Assembly (NCBI GenBank): GCA_001179505.1
Contig: CDMY01000243.1
Coordinates: 124,001 to 188,000, forward strand
Direction of reading: 5' to 3'
DNA length: 64,000 nt
Origin: Vitrella brassicaformis CCMP3155
Taxonomy: Eukaryota > Protista > Chromerida
Shown here: positions 31,601-43,302 of the stretch, one piece after another
Numbering within the stretch: the first letter of the stretch is position 1
Layout of the letters: each line of letters starts with the position of its first letter
Program-made: the position numbers and the translations under genes
The notes under the pieces: model-generated
Told to the model about the DNA's origin: nothing
Databases searched by the model: none
What the model saw: only the letters and a program-made list of their open reading frames with translations

Positions 31601-33247
31601 ATGGCGGCGGACGGCTCGAAGTCCCGTGTGCTTGTCACTGGCGCGTCTGGATTCATCGCAGCTCACTGCGTGTATCAGCTCCTCGACAGAGGCTACAAGG
31701 TGACTGCCAACACGCGGCCAGCACAGACAGATAAATCGGATGACGATACAGACAGACAGACAGCCGCTAGACTGCGATGTGCGCTCTCAGGTGCGAGGCA
31801 CGGTTCGTGACCCAACAGACGCCAAGAAGACGCAGTTTCTGAGGTTAGGCTTCCTTGATGAAGACGCGATGCGACAAAATGACCAATGGGTATCTTCTCA
31901 TGTGTTGGTACAGGACCTGCATCCGGGAGCGCGTGACCATCTGGAGCTGGTCGGCGCCGACCTCACAGAGGTGAGAACACTCGAAAGCACAGCAAAAGAT
32001 GCGGACTCGCGTGCTCTCTCTCATCACCCAGGAAGACAAGTGGGCGGATGCCGTACGTGGCTGTGATGGCATCGTCCACGTGGCGTCACCCCTGCCCCCA
32101 GTGGGAGAAGAAGACGACACCATCGTCGACCAGGCCATCAAAGGCAATGAGCACGTCCTCCGAGCGGCCATCAAGGAGAAGGTGCGTCGTGTGGTTATCA
32201 CATCGTCTGCCTACGCCATCTTCGACGGCCACCCAGCAGCACGGTACGGCGCCGGTTCGCCCCCCTTCACGGCCGACGACTGGAGCATACCGGAGCGACA
32301 AGGCTTCTACCCCAAAAGCAAAACACTGGCAGAGAGGCGCGCTTGGGAGATTTCCGCGAGCGATGAGGCAAAGGCAACGGGGCTGGAGGGGTCACGGTGT
32401 GTCCTGGATGGGTGATCGGGCCCATGGTCAACGCTACGGTGGGGCGGAGCTCCGACGTCATACAGAGGTACTTGACTGCCGCGTTCCCTGGCACCCCAGC
32501 GATGGGTGAGCTACACGAAGGATGGATGCACAGAGATCGCCCGCCTACCTGCCCACACACCCATCGGTGGCCTTCCTGTTCCTGTAAATATTGTGTGTGT
32601 CAGCCTACCCCATTGCAGGTAGGCAGAGGGGGAGCGTCGACTGTCGACCTGATGTTTGCCACATTCTGTCGCCCTTGTGTTAGATGTTCGTGACGTGGCG
32701 TTGGCACACGTGGCCTGTCTGGAGGGCGGCCCACAGGTAGTCGGCAAGCGATTCCCACTCGGCGAAGAAGCCATCCAGCTCATCGACATTGCCACGGTCA
32801 GTCAGCCAGCATGTCTGTCAGCCGACACAGAGAGCACATCCACGAGCCTCAGCCTTCCCACGTGGGGTGTGTGTGTGTCTGCCGATGCGATCAGACGCTC
32901 AAGGGCGAGTTTGGCAAATACGGCTACCGTGTGCCAACAACGAGGCTCCCGACTTTCCTCGCATGGCTGCTGAGCTTCTGCGATAAAGGCGTCGCTCAAG
33001 TATTGCCAGAGGTACGGATGTTCGTGCGTCGTGAATGGCTCATGACTGTTGTGTGGTGTGATGACATTGTGCTGACTGCCAGCTGGGGAGGAGGTTCTCG
33101 ATGGACAGCAGTGGTGCGAGAGAGATTCTGAACATCCAGCCACGGGACTTCAAGCAGGCGGCCATCGACCAGGGGTACTCTTTGATAAAGCTAGGTATTG
33201 TGCCCAACAAGGGCGTACCAGAAGAGAAGCTCCAACTATCGCTGTAG
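31601..33247 (+). CDS. NAD(P)-dependent epimerase/dehydratase (extended SDR; dihydroflavonol reductase/GRE2-like) with an apparent frameshift near 32389
   Basis: VLVTGASGFIAAH (Rossmann motif), VRGTVRD, IVHVASP, VVITSS, the YxxxK motif YPKSK, CPGWVIGP and DVRDVALAH. The frame changes at GAG-GG-GTC. Confidence 0.88.
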
Positions 33248-33543
33248 GTAGCGTAGCGCCTTCGCTGTGCTTGGCGGGCAGGAGATTACCATAGAATTTT
33301 GACTTTTTACCTTTTGCCTTTCGATTAGCATAGTATGGACGCATCACTTTGATACAAAGCGACGCCAAGAAGCATGCATTGCACGATGAGTCTCGCGAGC
33401 ACTCACACTGACACACTGACTCACAAAACCTTCATTCACAGGTCGGCCAGGTCTCCATAGTCTCATCTATCTCGGTCTTGACGCAAAGCAACATCCATCC
33501 ATCCATCCGTTCGCACCCATCAATCAGACATACTGTTCTTCTA

Positions 33544-34657
33544 TCAGTCTTCCTCTGCCTCTTCGAGTGCCTTCTTGGCGCGCTCCTCGGCCTCCTGCAG
33601 CAGCTCGGGAGGCACCTACAACACACACAGAGAGGCAGAGAGGGACAAGGAGAAGGAGAGAGCCAATCCACACACACACACACACACAGTGCCCATCCAT
33701 CCATCCATCCATCCAAGACGCACCTGCTGGTGAATGAAGTCCGACTGTGGGCAGATCCATGTGACCTCGAGCTCGTACTCCTTGTCCTTGTTCTCGTCGT
33801 GTACCTGGTGGAGAATCTTGGCGGCGTGGAAGAGGGCCTCCTGGCAGGTCAGCTCGCTCGGCTTGATCTTCTCGATCTCCGTCTTGGCTGCCTGCTTGCC
33901 CTTGCCCAGGGCGTACCCGAAGTACTTGCTGCACGACCCCGACGGCTCCACACAGTAGAGGCAGGGGGCGCTGCCGTCTTCTGGGTTCAGTGAGCCAATG
34001 AGGATGGACGCGCCGTGGGGGCGGTAGACCCAGTTCAGCGTATAGGCGTGCACATAGGCGGCGATTCGCTCCGAGAGGCACATGCCGGAGATGGGCTCGC
34101 CCCAGCGCTGCTTCCACTCCTCGGCCTGCTCCCTTGCCAGCTTGACGAGCTGCCTGGCGTCGGCCACCAGCCCCGCCACTGCCATGCCGATGTGCTTGTC
34201 GATGGCGTAGATGCGCTTGTTGGTGCCCGGCACCAGCATCTTGGAGGCCAGAAGCTTCTCCACACCCAGCACCACACCGTCCTTGCAGCACAGCCCGATG
34301 GCCGTGCCGCTGTTGTCAACCGCCTTGGCCGCATACTCAACCTGCGCCAACGCCACCAGCCCCGCCACTGCCATGCCGATGTGCTTGTCGATGGCGTAGA
34401 TGCGCTTGTTGGTGCCCGGCACCAGCATCTTGGAGGCCAGCAGCTTCTCCACACCCAGCACCACACCGTCCTTGCAGCACAGCCCGATGGCCGTGCCGCT
34501 GTTGTCAACCGCCTTGGCCGCATACTCAACCTGCGCCAACACACACCAACACACAAGCACACCAGCCTATGCATGTTTAACCCCGGGCGTCGGGTCGTTT
34601 CTCCTCGATGATGTCACTCCATCACCTGGAAGACACGGCCGTCGGGCGAGTAGGTGC
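33544..34657 (-). CDS. PSMA3: Proteasome subunit alpha type-3 (alpha7), copy 1: has the final exon, 5' end cut by the gap, carries an in-frame 189-bp internal tandem duplication
   Basis: [84 protein letters not shown]. Confidence 0.9.
34163..34540. repeat. Two 189-bp tandem units inside PSMA3 copy 1
   Basis: Unit 1 is 34163-34351 and unit 2 is 34352-34540. They differ by one visible substitution (GGCCAGAAGC vs GGCCAGCAGC). Confidence 0.9.
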
Positions 34658-34957
34658 NNNNNNNNNNNNNNNNNNNNNNNNNNNNNNNNNNNNNNNNNNN
34701 NNNNNNNNNNNNNNNNNNNNNNNNNNNNNNNNNNNNNNNNNNNNNNNNNNNNNNNNNNNNNNNNNNNNNNNNNNNNNNNNNNNNNNNNNNNNNNNNNNNN
34801 NNNNNNNNNNNNNNNNNNNNNNNNNNNNNNNNNNNNNNNNNNNNNNNNNNNNNNNNNNNNNNNNNNNNNNNNNNNNNNNNNNNNNNNNNNNNNNNNNNNN
34901 NNNNNNNNNNNNNNNNNNNNNNNNNNNNNNNNNNNNNNNNNNNNNNNNNNNNNNNNN

Positions 34958-35754
34958 CCATCCAAGACGCACCTGCTGGTGAATGAAGTCCGACTGTGGG
35001 CAGATCCATGTGACCTCGAGCTCGTACTCCTTGTCCTTGTTCTCGTCGTGTACCTGGTGGAGAATCTTGGCGGCGTGGAAGAGGGCCTCCTGGCAGGTCA
35101 GCTCGCTCGGCTTGATCTTCTCGATCTCCGTCTTGGCTGCCTGCTTGCCCTTGCCCAGGGCGTACCCGAAGTACTTGCTGCACGACCCCGACGGCTCCAC
35201 ACAGTAGAGGCAGGGGGCGCTGCCGTCTTCTGGGTTCAGTGAGCCAATGAGGATGGACGCGCCGTGGGGGCGGTAGACCCAGTTCAGCGTATAGGCGTGC
35301 ACATAGGCGGCGATTCGCTCCGAGAGGCACATGCCGGAGATGGGCTCGCCCCAGCGCTGCTTCCACTCCTCGGCCTGCTCCCTTGCCAGCTTGACGAGCT
35401 GCCTGGCGTCGGCCACCAGCCCCGCCACTGCCATGCCGATGTGCTTGTCGATGGCGTAGATGCGCTTGTTGGTGCCCGGCACCAGCATCTTGGAGGCCAG
35501 AAGCTTCTCCACACCCAGCACCACACCGTCCTTGCAGCACAGCCCGATGGCCGTGCCGCTGTTGTCAACCGCCTTGGCCGCATACTCAACCTGCGCCAAC
35601 ACACACCAACACACAAGCACACCAGCCTATGCATGTTTAACCCCGGGCGTCAGGTCGTTTCTCCTCGATGATGTCACTCCATCACCTGGAAGACACGGCC
35701 GTCGGGCGAGTAGGTGCCGACACTCAGGTCGTACCCCGCACCCATCCCTGCCAT
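34958..35754 (-). CDS. PSMA3: Proteasome subunit alpha type-3 (alpha7), copy 2: intact 5' end, last exon missing at the gap; probably the same locus assembled twice
   Basis: [27 protein letters not shown]. Near-identical to copy 1 (3' portions offset by 1249 bp). Confidence 0.9.
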
Positions 35755-36024
35755 GCTGCCAACGTGGACAAGACGACAAACGACAGGCACGATGTGGCGG
35801 CCGTCAAGGACGACCCGTCGAAGATGAAAGATGAAGGTCGGCAGCCGTCACGGCAGGTGCTGCTGGTGCCCCTGCGACACGAAACACGGCAGACGGCGAC
35901 GTTATCCGTGGGGTTGTGGGGTTCCGGGTGTAGGGTTTGCGTCTGCAAGCTTAGCTCAAGCAAACCCCTTCATTGTGGCACTGTGGTGTGAGCCAAAGAG
36001 ACCCACAACGGACCCACGGCTGCA

Positions 36025-38199
36025 ATGGCGACGGCGGACGAGGGTTCGGAAGAGTTGGTGCACAATTACCGGACGTGCGGCAAGAGGCCTGAAGGGAGGC
36101 TGGCCCGTGGCTGCCGCACAAGACCGTGGCCTACCGACCCCACCTCACCGCTGCCCCCTCCATCCAACCCATCGATACCCACAAAGGTGAGGCCGGCTGA
36201 TCCGCCGGCAAATGCACTCACTCGTCGATTGCCTTACTTATCTGTCTGCCTGTCCGTCTGTCGCAAGGCAGAGACCATTCTTTATCCCGGCGCGCGTGAG
36301 AAGAAGGGATTTGGTTCCAATTCTCTGCGATTCATGGACCTTTTCGTAAGCAAACAACCGAGGAGCGTTCATTCACTTCACTGCCCCGCCATACATATGT
36401 AAGACGATGCATTGCATGTTCGTTCGGATGCGGGGATGCAGGATGAGAATCCCGGTCCAGGGGCCTACACCTCTGTGGGCAGTTCGACGTCCCCATCGGT
36501 CCAGCTCGAGAGGGAGACATTCAATCGCAAAGGGTTCGGAGGACTCATTTCAAAGGTGACTGGAGAATCGAACCGAGGTTATCTTTCTTTCCCCCTCCCT
36601 CCTTCCGTCATTTCATCCGCTCACTTTGCCTGCATGCTGTCGTCAGAGCGATCGATTCTCCCAATCCATGACTCGCCCGAAGGCCGGGCCTGGACCGGGG
36701 CAATACGACCCGTAAGCATGGGAGGTTGTCAATTCCCCGACTCGCGCAAACAATAATATCCTCCTTTGCTTGTGCCACAACAGGCTACAATCGAGTCGCA
36801 GCAGCGAGGCCCACAGCAGGGTCCCGGGCGCCTCGTCGTCGTTTCGCCACCGGTCATCCGGCAACCCCAAAACACTGTTCAAGGCCCCTCAGCCAGGCCC
36901 GGGCAGCTACGATATCTCTCACCGCCCGGACGCACCCGTAAGGACACCTCTGCGTGACGCAATCGCGGCTGTACGTGTCTCTGCGCACACATGTGTATAC
37001 GCAGGCAGAGGGCAGGGGGCTGGGGGGATGCAACTTTCGGTCTCGGTCGGAGAGGACACTGCGGATGAGACACACGGAAGGACCGGCACCAGGTAGGTCG
37101 GCAAGCCATGCGTGGATGAGTGAGACAGGCAGGGAGAGTCGTGCGCTTTTCCGGTTTTTCTGTCTGTTTTGAAGACTATTACGACATCCCAAGGGCCTTT
37201 CCAATGCGCGAGCCCCCACCAAGGGGCAAAGCCTCCTCGGCAAAGAGGCACGTCAACCAATCAGACACTCACGAACGAAAAGTCTTAGTTTCTACTGGGC
37301 TATGTGCTGCTGGTGTCTTGTCTTGGCTTGCAGGAAAGCGCGTCTCGACAGCTCACCAAAGACCGACCGTGCACCCTCCCCGCCGACAGCCAAGACGCCG
37401 TCCCCCGGGAGCAGCCCTGTCTCACGGTCGCCTCTGCGGGAACGGCCACACCCATCCTACGCACCCAGAGGCCAACACAAAGTGTACGCAAACCTGATAG
37501 ATAGACCGGATAGACAGGCGACTGTTGGCGGAATGCAGTATGTCCACCAATCGTGAGTTCCCCATCGCCGGCGAGTTCTCCACTCTTACTGCACCTGACG
37601 GCGAATTCGTCCGGGAGATACGGTGAGAAGGGGGCAAGAGACATGACCCACCCCTGCCAGACATAGTCACCCATGTTGTGTGTGTCTCTTCCATGTTTGT
37701 AGAGGCGCCGTAGGGGGAGATGGCGCCCGTCTGCCCGGCCCGGGTGCCTACGACACCCGCGAGTCCTACAAGTGGGCGGAGTGGAAGCCGTCCTTCTCCA
37801 CGCGAGGCTTGGCGGCCTTCCAGCACGGCAAGGCCCACCTGCCTCGCAAGAAGACGCAGCACCTCCCGGGACCTGGTGCGTACAGCCCGCGGCAGGAGAC
37901 GGTGGAGGCATGGGCGAGGGGGGGAGTGGTGTCTGTCTTCCAATCACAGAGCGGCAGGTGGGTCTCGATGGACGGAGGTATGCATCGCATCGGGACTCTC
38001 TCTTTGCGTGTCCGTGTGTCAGGACGGATTTCGTGCACCGAGCTGCTCCCGGGCCTGCCTTCTACGAGGTGAGTCTTGTCCGAGCCGCTGAGTTGCTGGT
38101 AGGTGGGTGCTCATGATGTGTGTACGTGTTTGTGTGCAGCCGCGGAATGTCTCCACGCTCAAGTCATTCCACCTGAATCTGCAGAGAAGATGGGTGTAG
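36025..38199 (+). CDS. Sperm-tail PG-rich repeat (Shippo-repeat; STPG1/MAPO2/ODF3-like) axonemal protein
   Basis: KKGFGSNSLRF, repeated PGPGxY motifs (PGPGAY, PGPGQY, PGPGSY, PGPGAY twice, PGPAFY) and C-terminal SFHLNLQRRWV*. Confidence 0.82.
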
Positions 38200-38654
38200 A
38201 GACACACCGGGCCCTGCGGTTCTCTCGCTGACTCTGCGTTTTTCTCGTCGATGGCAAACAGATTCTCTCAGGCGCATGTCTGTATGTCTTTCTGTATGTC
38301 TGTTATGTCTGCCTGCACAAACACGGGATACTTCCGACTCACGTAAGGCATGCACGCCAGCCACCGAGGGAGGGAGAGAGAAGAAGACATGCCCACACCG
38401 CGCCACGCCCGCATGCGTCTGTCTCCCAGCTGGGCCCCGACCGCTCCGCACCTCAGCAGAACAAGAGCCCAGATAGATACGCACACACACCGAGTGAGAA
38501 GGAATGTCAGCAAAAGAGTGGAAGGAAAGAGAGAGAGACAGAGAGAGAGACAGAGGAATGAGGGAGGGAGACAGGTAGACAGACAGCAGCAAGCAGCAAG
38601 CAACGCGAACAAGCGACAAGGGCGCGCCAGCCCTCCCCCCGGCCCTCGCGCCCA

Positions 38655-40567
38655 TTATTTCCATGAGAATGTGGTGAGTGCGATGGCGAAGGCCTGCACG
38701 ATCGAGAGCGGATACCTGAGATAAAGAGACAAACAGGTGGGTCAGCAGCCATAATGATGTGTGTATCTGTCACCGACCTGAAGTCAAGAATGAAGACGTT
38801 GGAGGTCACTTTGCCGTATTGCAGGATGATGTAGTCAGCTGACACACACAGACAGAGGGCACAGAGGGGACAGAGGGATGGGCAAGGAGGGAGGGAGGGA
38901 GGGTGGGCAGGCAGGCAGCCCACTGACTGACTTCGTCGTCTGTGGTTTTTACGCTTCTTGACGAGTGTGAGTTGGAAGTTCTTTGCCGATGGCTGGATCA
39001 TCCTCCCCTTGAAGTCAAGCACCAAACTCTCAATCTCTGCAACACACACACACACACACACACGGGCACACACAGATGTTCCTTCTCACGTCGCACATGT
39101 GTGTGTGTGCGTGTGTGCGTGCCTTCGTTCCAGTGCGGCTCTTTGGTCTTGAGCCTTATTGCATGAGGATGGTGCGACCCGTCGGGCAACGGAGCACCTG
39201 AAAAGAGAAGACCGTGTCTATTTTGTGTGCATACAGTCTTGCTTGTGGTGTGTCTGTCTGTCGCCGGTCAGTTAGGTCCCTCCCTCACCGAGTCTTGGGT
39301 AGCCCTCTTTGGGGCACCAGATCACCCGCGCACCATCTGGTGTGTGATTGGTGTGTTGCCATCCATCAAGCAATCAATCACCATGCATATATGCCACGTA
39401 GACATGTCGATCCCCCCCCACCTAACTCACCTGTATAAAGGCCGGGTATCGCCACCTCCATCGAGTTGAAAATGCCCTCACCGATGCTCGACACCTTCTG
39501 CACACACACACAGCCGCTCGTGGGCTCCTTGCTGTCCTGTGTCTTGTCTTGTTGTCGTCTCGGTTGCTTACGTGTGAGCAGTGCACAATCTGTTGGTTGT
39601 CACTCCTCTGTGACCCCGTACACCTCCTGCTGACGCCGCGGTAGTAGCACGCTGCACTCACACAAACACAGGCCGGTATCCACGGATCAACCAGCACTCT
39701 GCAGGGAGGGATGCGGCTGTCCCAGGTCACCTTCGCACTCAGGGTTGGTGAGGGTCCACTCCGACTGATCCCTCGACGCCCTACACACACACGAGCATAC
39801 AGACATGTGGGCCGGCTGGTGTGTGCGTGTGTGTGTGTGTGTGTGGCCTATCTATCTGACGCACGTCATGACGAATGCGGGTGTGTCAATGTTGAAGAGC
39901 TTGTCCTCGGGGTGGTAGGGCACAAAGTGCACCTTCTTGTCAGACAGAAACCTCGCATGCATGACAAACCTGAACCATGACACAACCAACGGACACCAAC
40001 CAACCAGCCCGAAGCAGGCGTTCGTTCACATGATGCATGCCGGCCGGTGTCCGTGTGTGTGCAATACAATACCCGTCTTGGTCGTCAGTATAGAGGCTGT
40101 ATTCGGTCCTGTCGTCGCTCCTCGACACGTAGAACCGAAACATCTTGGACCCTCGACGGAACGGACTGCACACGCAAATCAAATCCACATGCACACGCAT
40201 GGCATGCAAGGCGACGGAGAAGTTGTTAAGTTGTGTGGGCGTGGCTGACGGACAGACAGACAGACCGGAGGTATTCAGCACATGTGTCCCTGGCATAGCC
40301 CTGCTCCAGCACATCAGCAATGTCAAAGCCGCGACTGCTGCTGCTGCTGCAAACCACAACACATATCAACACATATCAACACAACACCCGGCCATCGATT
40401 CGTTCAGCCATGCGCATGAAGCATGACAGAGGAGGCATGGGCCGTTGGATTGGACAGTACCTCGCCACACATGAGGGGCTGGGGGATTCAGGGGGAGCCT
40501 CGCGGGGACGGAAGAGGGGGATGTTCACACCCTGCCATGAGGGCGCAGCGGCCTGCAACAAGTGCAT
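38655..40567 (-). CDS. Tubby-like protein (Tub C-terminal domain); start codon uncertain
   Basis: IRLKTKEPHWNE|EIESLVLDFKGRMIQPSAKNFQL..YIILQYGKVTSNVFILDFR|YPLSIVQAFAIALTTF is the tubby C-terminal signature. Confidence 0.85.
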
Positions 40568-40745
40568 ACATACCCGGTTCGCCCCTGGGCCACAATGGCG
40601 CTCATCATGATGTTCACAGGCAATCGCCCAATTGGAATCGCCGTCTGACCTGGGGGCGCTGCTTCTCTATGGTGGTAGAGGGAAGAATGACGTTGACGAC
40701 AGAAAGATCAAGAAGGAATCCTGCTGTTAACAGCAGAAGTGAGTG

Positions 40746-42858
40746 ATGGACGAGTGGAGAGGGGGGAATCGGCCCCAAAACGGCTTTGGGGGCCCGTCGA
40801 GGTCCTCCCCTCCCTCCCCCATGAATGACGCTGCCGTCCCATCCGAGCAGCCTGCCGAGCAGCAGGATCATGTCCCGCACGACAACGAAGAGCAGGAGAA
40901 AGAATCTCAGCCCCAAGAAGCCACTGCTGCTGCGGCAGACTCTGAGCCCCATGAAGATCAGACTCGTCCCGAGGCCGGGGGGGAAACGGCCGGGCAAGGG
41001 CAAGAGGTGAATGCATCAGCGCAGCAGGAGGAAGCCGAACCGGCCCAAGATACCGTTGAGGCCCCGGCTTCTTCTGACAAGCCCCACCCGAGCAAAAGCG
41101 AGGGACAGCAGGGGGAGCCCGAGCAACCAGATGACGGAAGCCCGGGGGAGACAGCCCAGCCTGACATACAAGCTGAGGCGCCACAAACGGCCGAAATGGA
41201 CAAGGAAGAAGAGCCGTCGGCCGCTGAAGAAGCGGCCCGGTACACGGATGCAGCCGCCGAAGTTGCTGCAGGGGAGGTTGCGAGGGAAATCCCAGAAGAA
41301 GCACCTGCAAAGGGGGAGACTGATGCGCAGCCGGATGTCGTGCCACCGGCTGACCACGATCACCCACCAGAGGACCAAGCCATGAGGTCGGGGGAGCAGA
41401 CAGGCCATTTGCAGGCAGCGTGATTCAGGGAATGAGTGTCTCATGCGCTCTGCCCCCCTCTCTCTGACATCGACTCGTTTAGGCATGCCGAGCAGCCGGC
41501 CAGCCAAGAGGCAGCAGCACCACCACCGCCGCCAAAAGAGCCACCAGGTCAGCAGGAAGGAAAGAGATGTGTGTCATTCCATGCAGCAGTGCTCGGTTGG
41601 CACATTTCCTTGCGCAGAGAAGGCGGTGGGTGAGCTGCCGCCGTCTGTGGTGGGTGAGCTGCCCCCGTCTGTGGTGCCGACAGACACGGTGGGTGGTGTG
41701 GTGAAGCGGCTCAAGAAGAGCGCCCCCTCATTCCCCCTCCCCTGCCCCGTCATCTACATCATCGCCGCACCGCCCACACACGTGCGTGCGCATGCCATGA
41801 AATCCTCTACATCCTCCTCTCATGGATGGTTCGGTGCGTGAGTTGCAGAAGTTGGGCGTAGGTGAGGCGCCTCCTCTTGCTTTGGATGCTGCGGCCCTCG
41901 ACGCGATCCAGGTCACCTTTTCTCCTCGCGGCACGGCTGGGACAATTTGGTCAGACTCCTGTCTGTCTGTCTGTCTGTTTGCAGCGTGCGGCTCAGCGGA
42001 GCGACGCGCTGACTGTGGTGTCAGGCTTCCCGTTGTCATTCGCCAATCTGGCCCCAACGAAGAACGGTAGGCGAAACGTGTGCCTGTCTCATTGTCTCAT
42101 TGTCGGCCCTGGGTGCCTGTCTTCAGCCCCAGCTGTCGTCCTGTACCCCCAAGCAGCTTACAAGAGGGACGGGCCAGCCAACAACACTGCCCACCTTCAG
42201 GTACCTGTGAAGGGGGACTGGGGAGAGAGAGGAGGATGCCATGCCGCTGCAGCCTTGGGCAAGGTTGTGTGTGTATGTCTCAGGAGCTGTCGAGGACGGC
42301 CTTTCTAAGCGTGTGTCCGGTGGAGGCCGACCACTGGGCCAACAGCGCCGAAATCGACATCAAGATGCAACTCACATCCACGTCAGCCTGCCTGCCTGCC
42401 CGGCCGTCAATGACACCCACCATGCTCACTCTCACCTTCTCTCTCTCGCGTGAACGTGTCTCGCATCCATCCAATATATTGCGTGTAGGTTGAGTGGTCA
42501 GGACAAGCCCCGCGCCTCGCGCCCTCGACAAGTGGTGGCCATCGCCACGCCCACCGCCACAGTCGCGAACCTGGAAGAACTGACGAGGGCAAGTGGCCCC
42601 ACCTGACCACACACACACAGGCAGGCAGGCAGGTCCCAGGGGAGCCTTCTCTTCCTTTCAATGGATGCGTTGTAGGTTCGCGACCGTGGGTGGCCGCTGA
42701 TACTCCTCCCTCCTCAGCTGACGTCTCTGCAGAAGCCCCTGGTGTCATGTGATGAGGCCAAGGGCGACGACAGGATGGTCATGCGCTTCCCTGCTACCGA
42801 TGCACAGCCACGAGAGGTGGCGGGGTGGATCAGATACTTTCTCGTACTCGCACCCTGA
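40746..42858 (+). CDS. Hypothetical protein: ~220-aa acidic Glu/Ala/Pro-rich N-terminus plus an alpha/beta C-terminal domain (possibly a degenerate adenylate-kinase-like fold); 3' end at 42606 or 42858
   Basis: Long ORF 40746-41385, then in-frame exons (EKAVGELPPSV, VIYIIAAPP, LTVVSGFPLSF, PAVVLYP, QVVAIAT). The fold call is inference only. Confidence 0.55.
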
Positions 42859-43302
42859 GTGCCTGGCGGCGGGTGATGGGGTGGGGCTGGTTGGGGTGCG
42901 TATGTGTGTGTGTGTGAAGGGAGGGGGGCCGTGTGTCAACGCGCAAGGGCAACAGGACTTACTGTACTGTAATGGGTGGAGCGGCTCATTCAGCACGTAA
43001 GTCAGTCGGAAGGAAGAGACAGGGAGGGAGTCTACACCGGTCGGTGACACACACACACACACACGTGCAGCCACCCACACCAACGCATTGATCTGATCCA
43101 GGAATGCACAAACAAATAGAGACAGACATGGATGGGATAGGCTGGGATGGACACACACAGACACATACAGGGGAAAAAGGGTCCGTCCCGCACACACACA
43201 CTCTCTCTCTCACACACACACACACACCCCACCAGGCGGCTCCCGCCTTTCCTCTATCTGTCCACCCCCTCAACCGCTAGACACCAATCATCTCAATCTC
43301 AA

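Noticed and set aside
33544-35754. Two genuine PSMA3 paralogues
   Set aside because: The copies are almost identical including introns, complementarily truncated at a gap, and best explained by assembly.
41626-41673. 24-bp coding tandem duplication (VGELPPSV twice)
   Set aside because: An ordinary slippage duplication in a disordered region, with no sign of function.
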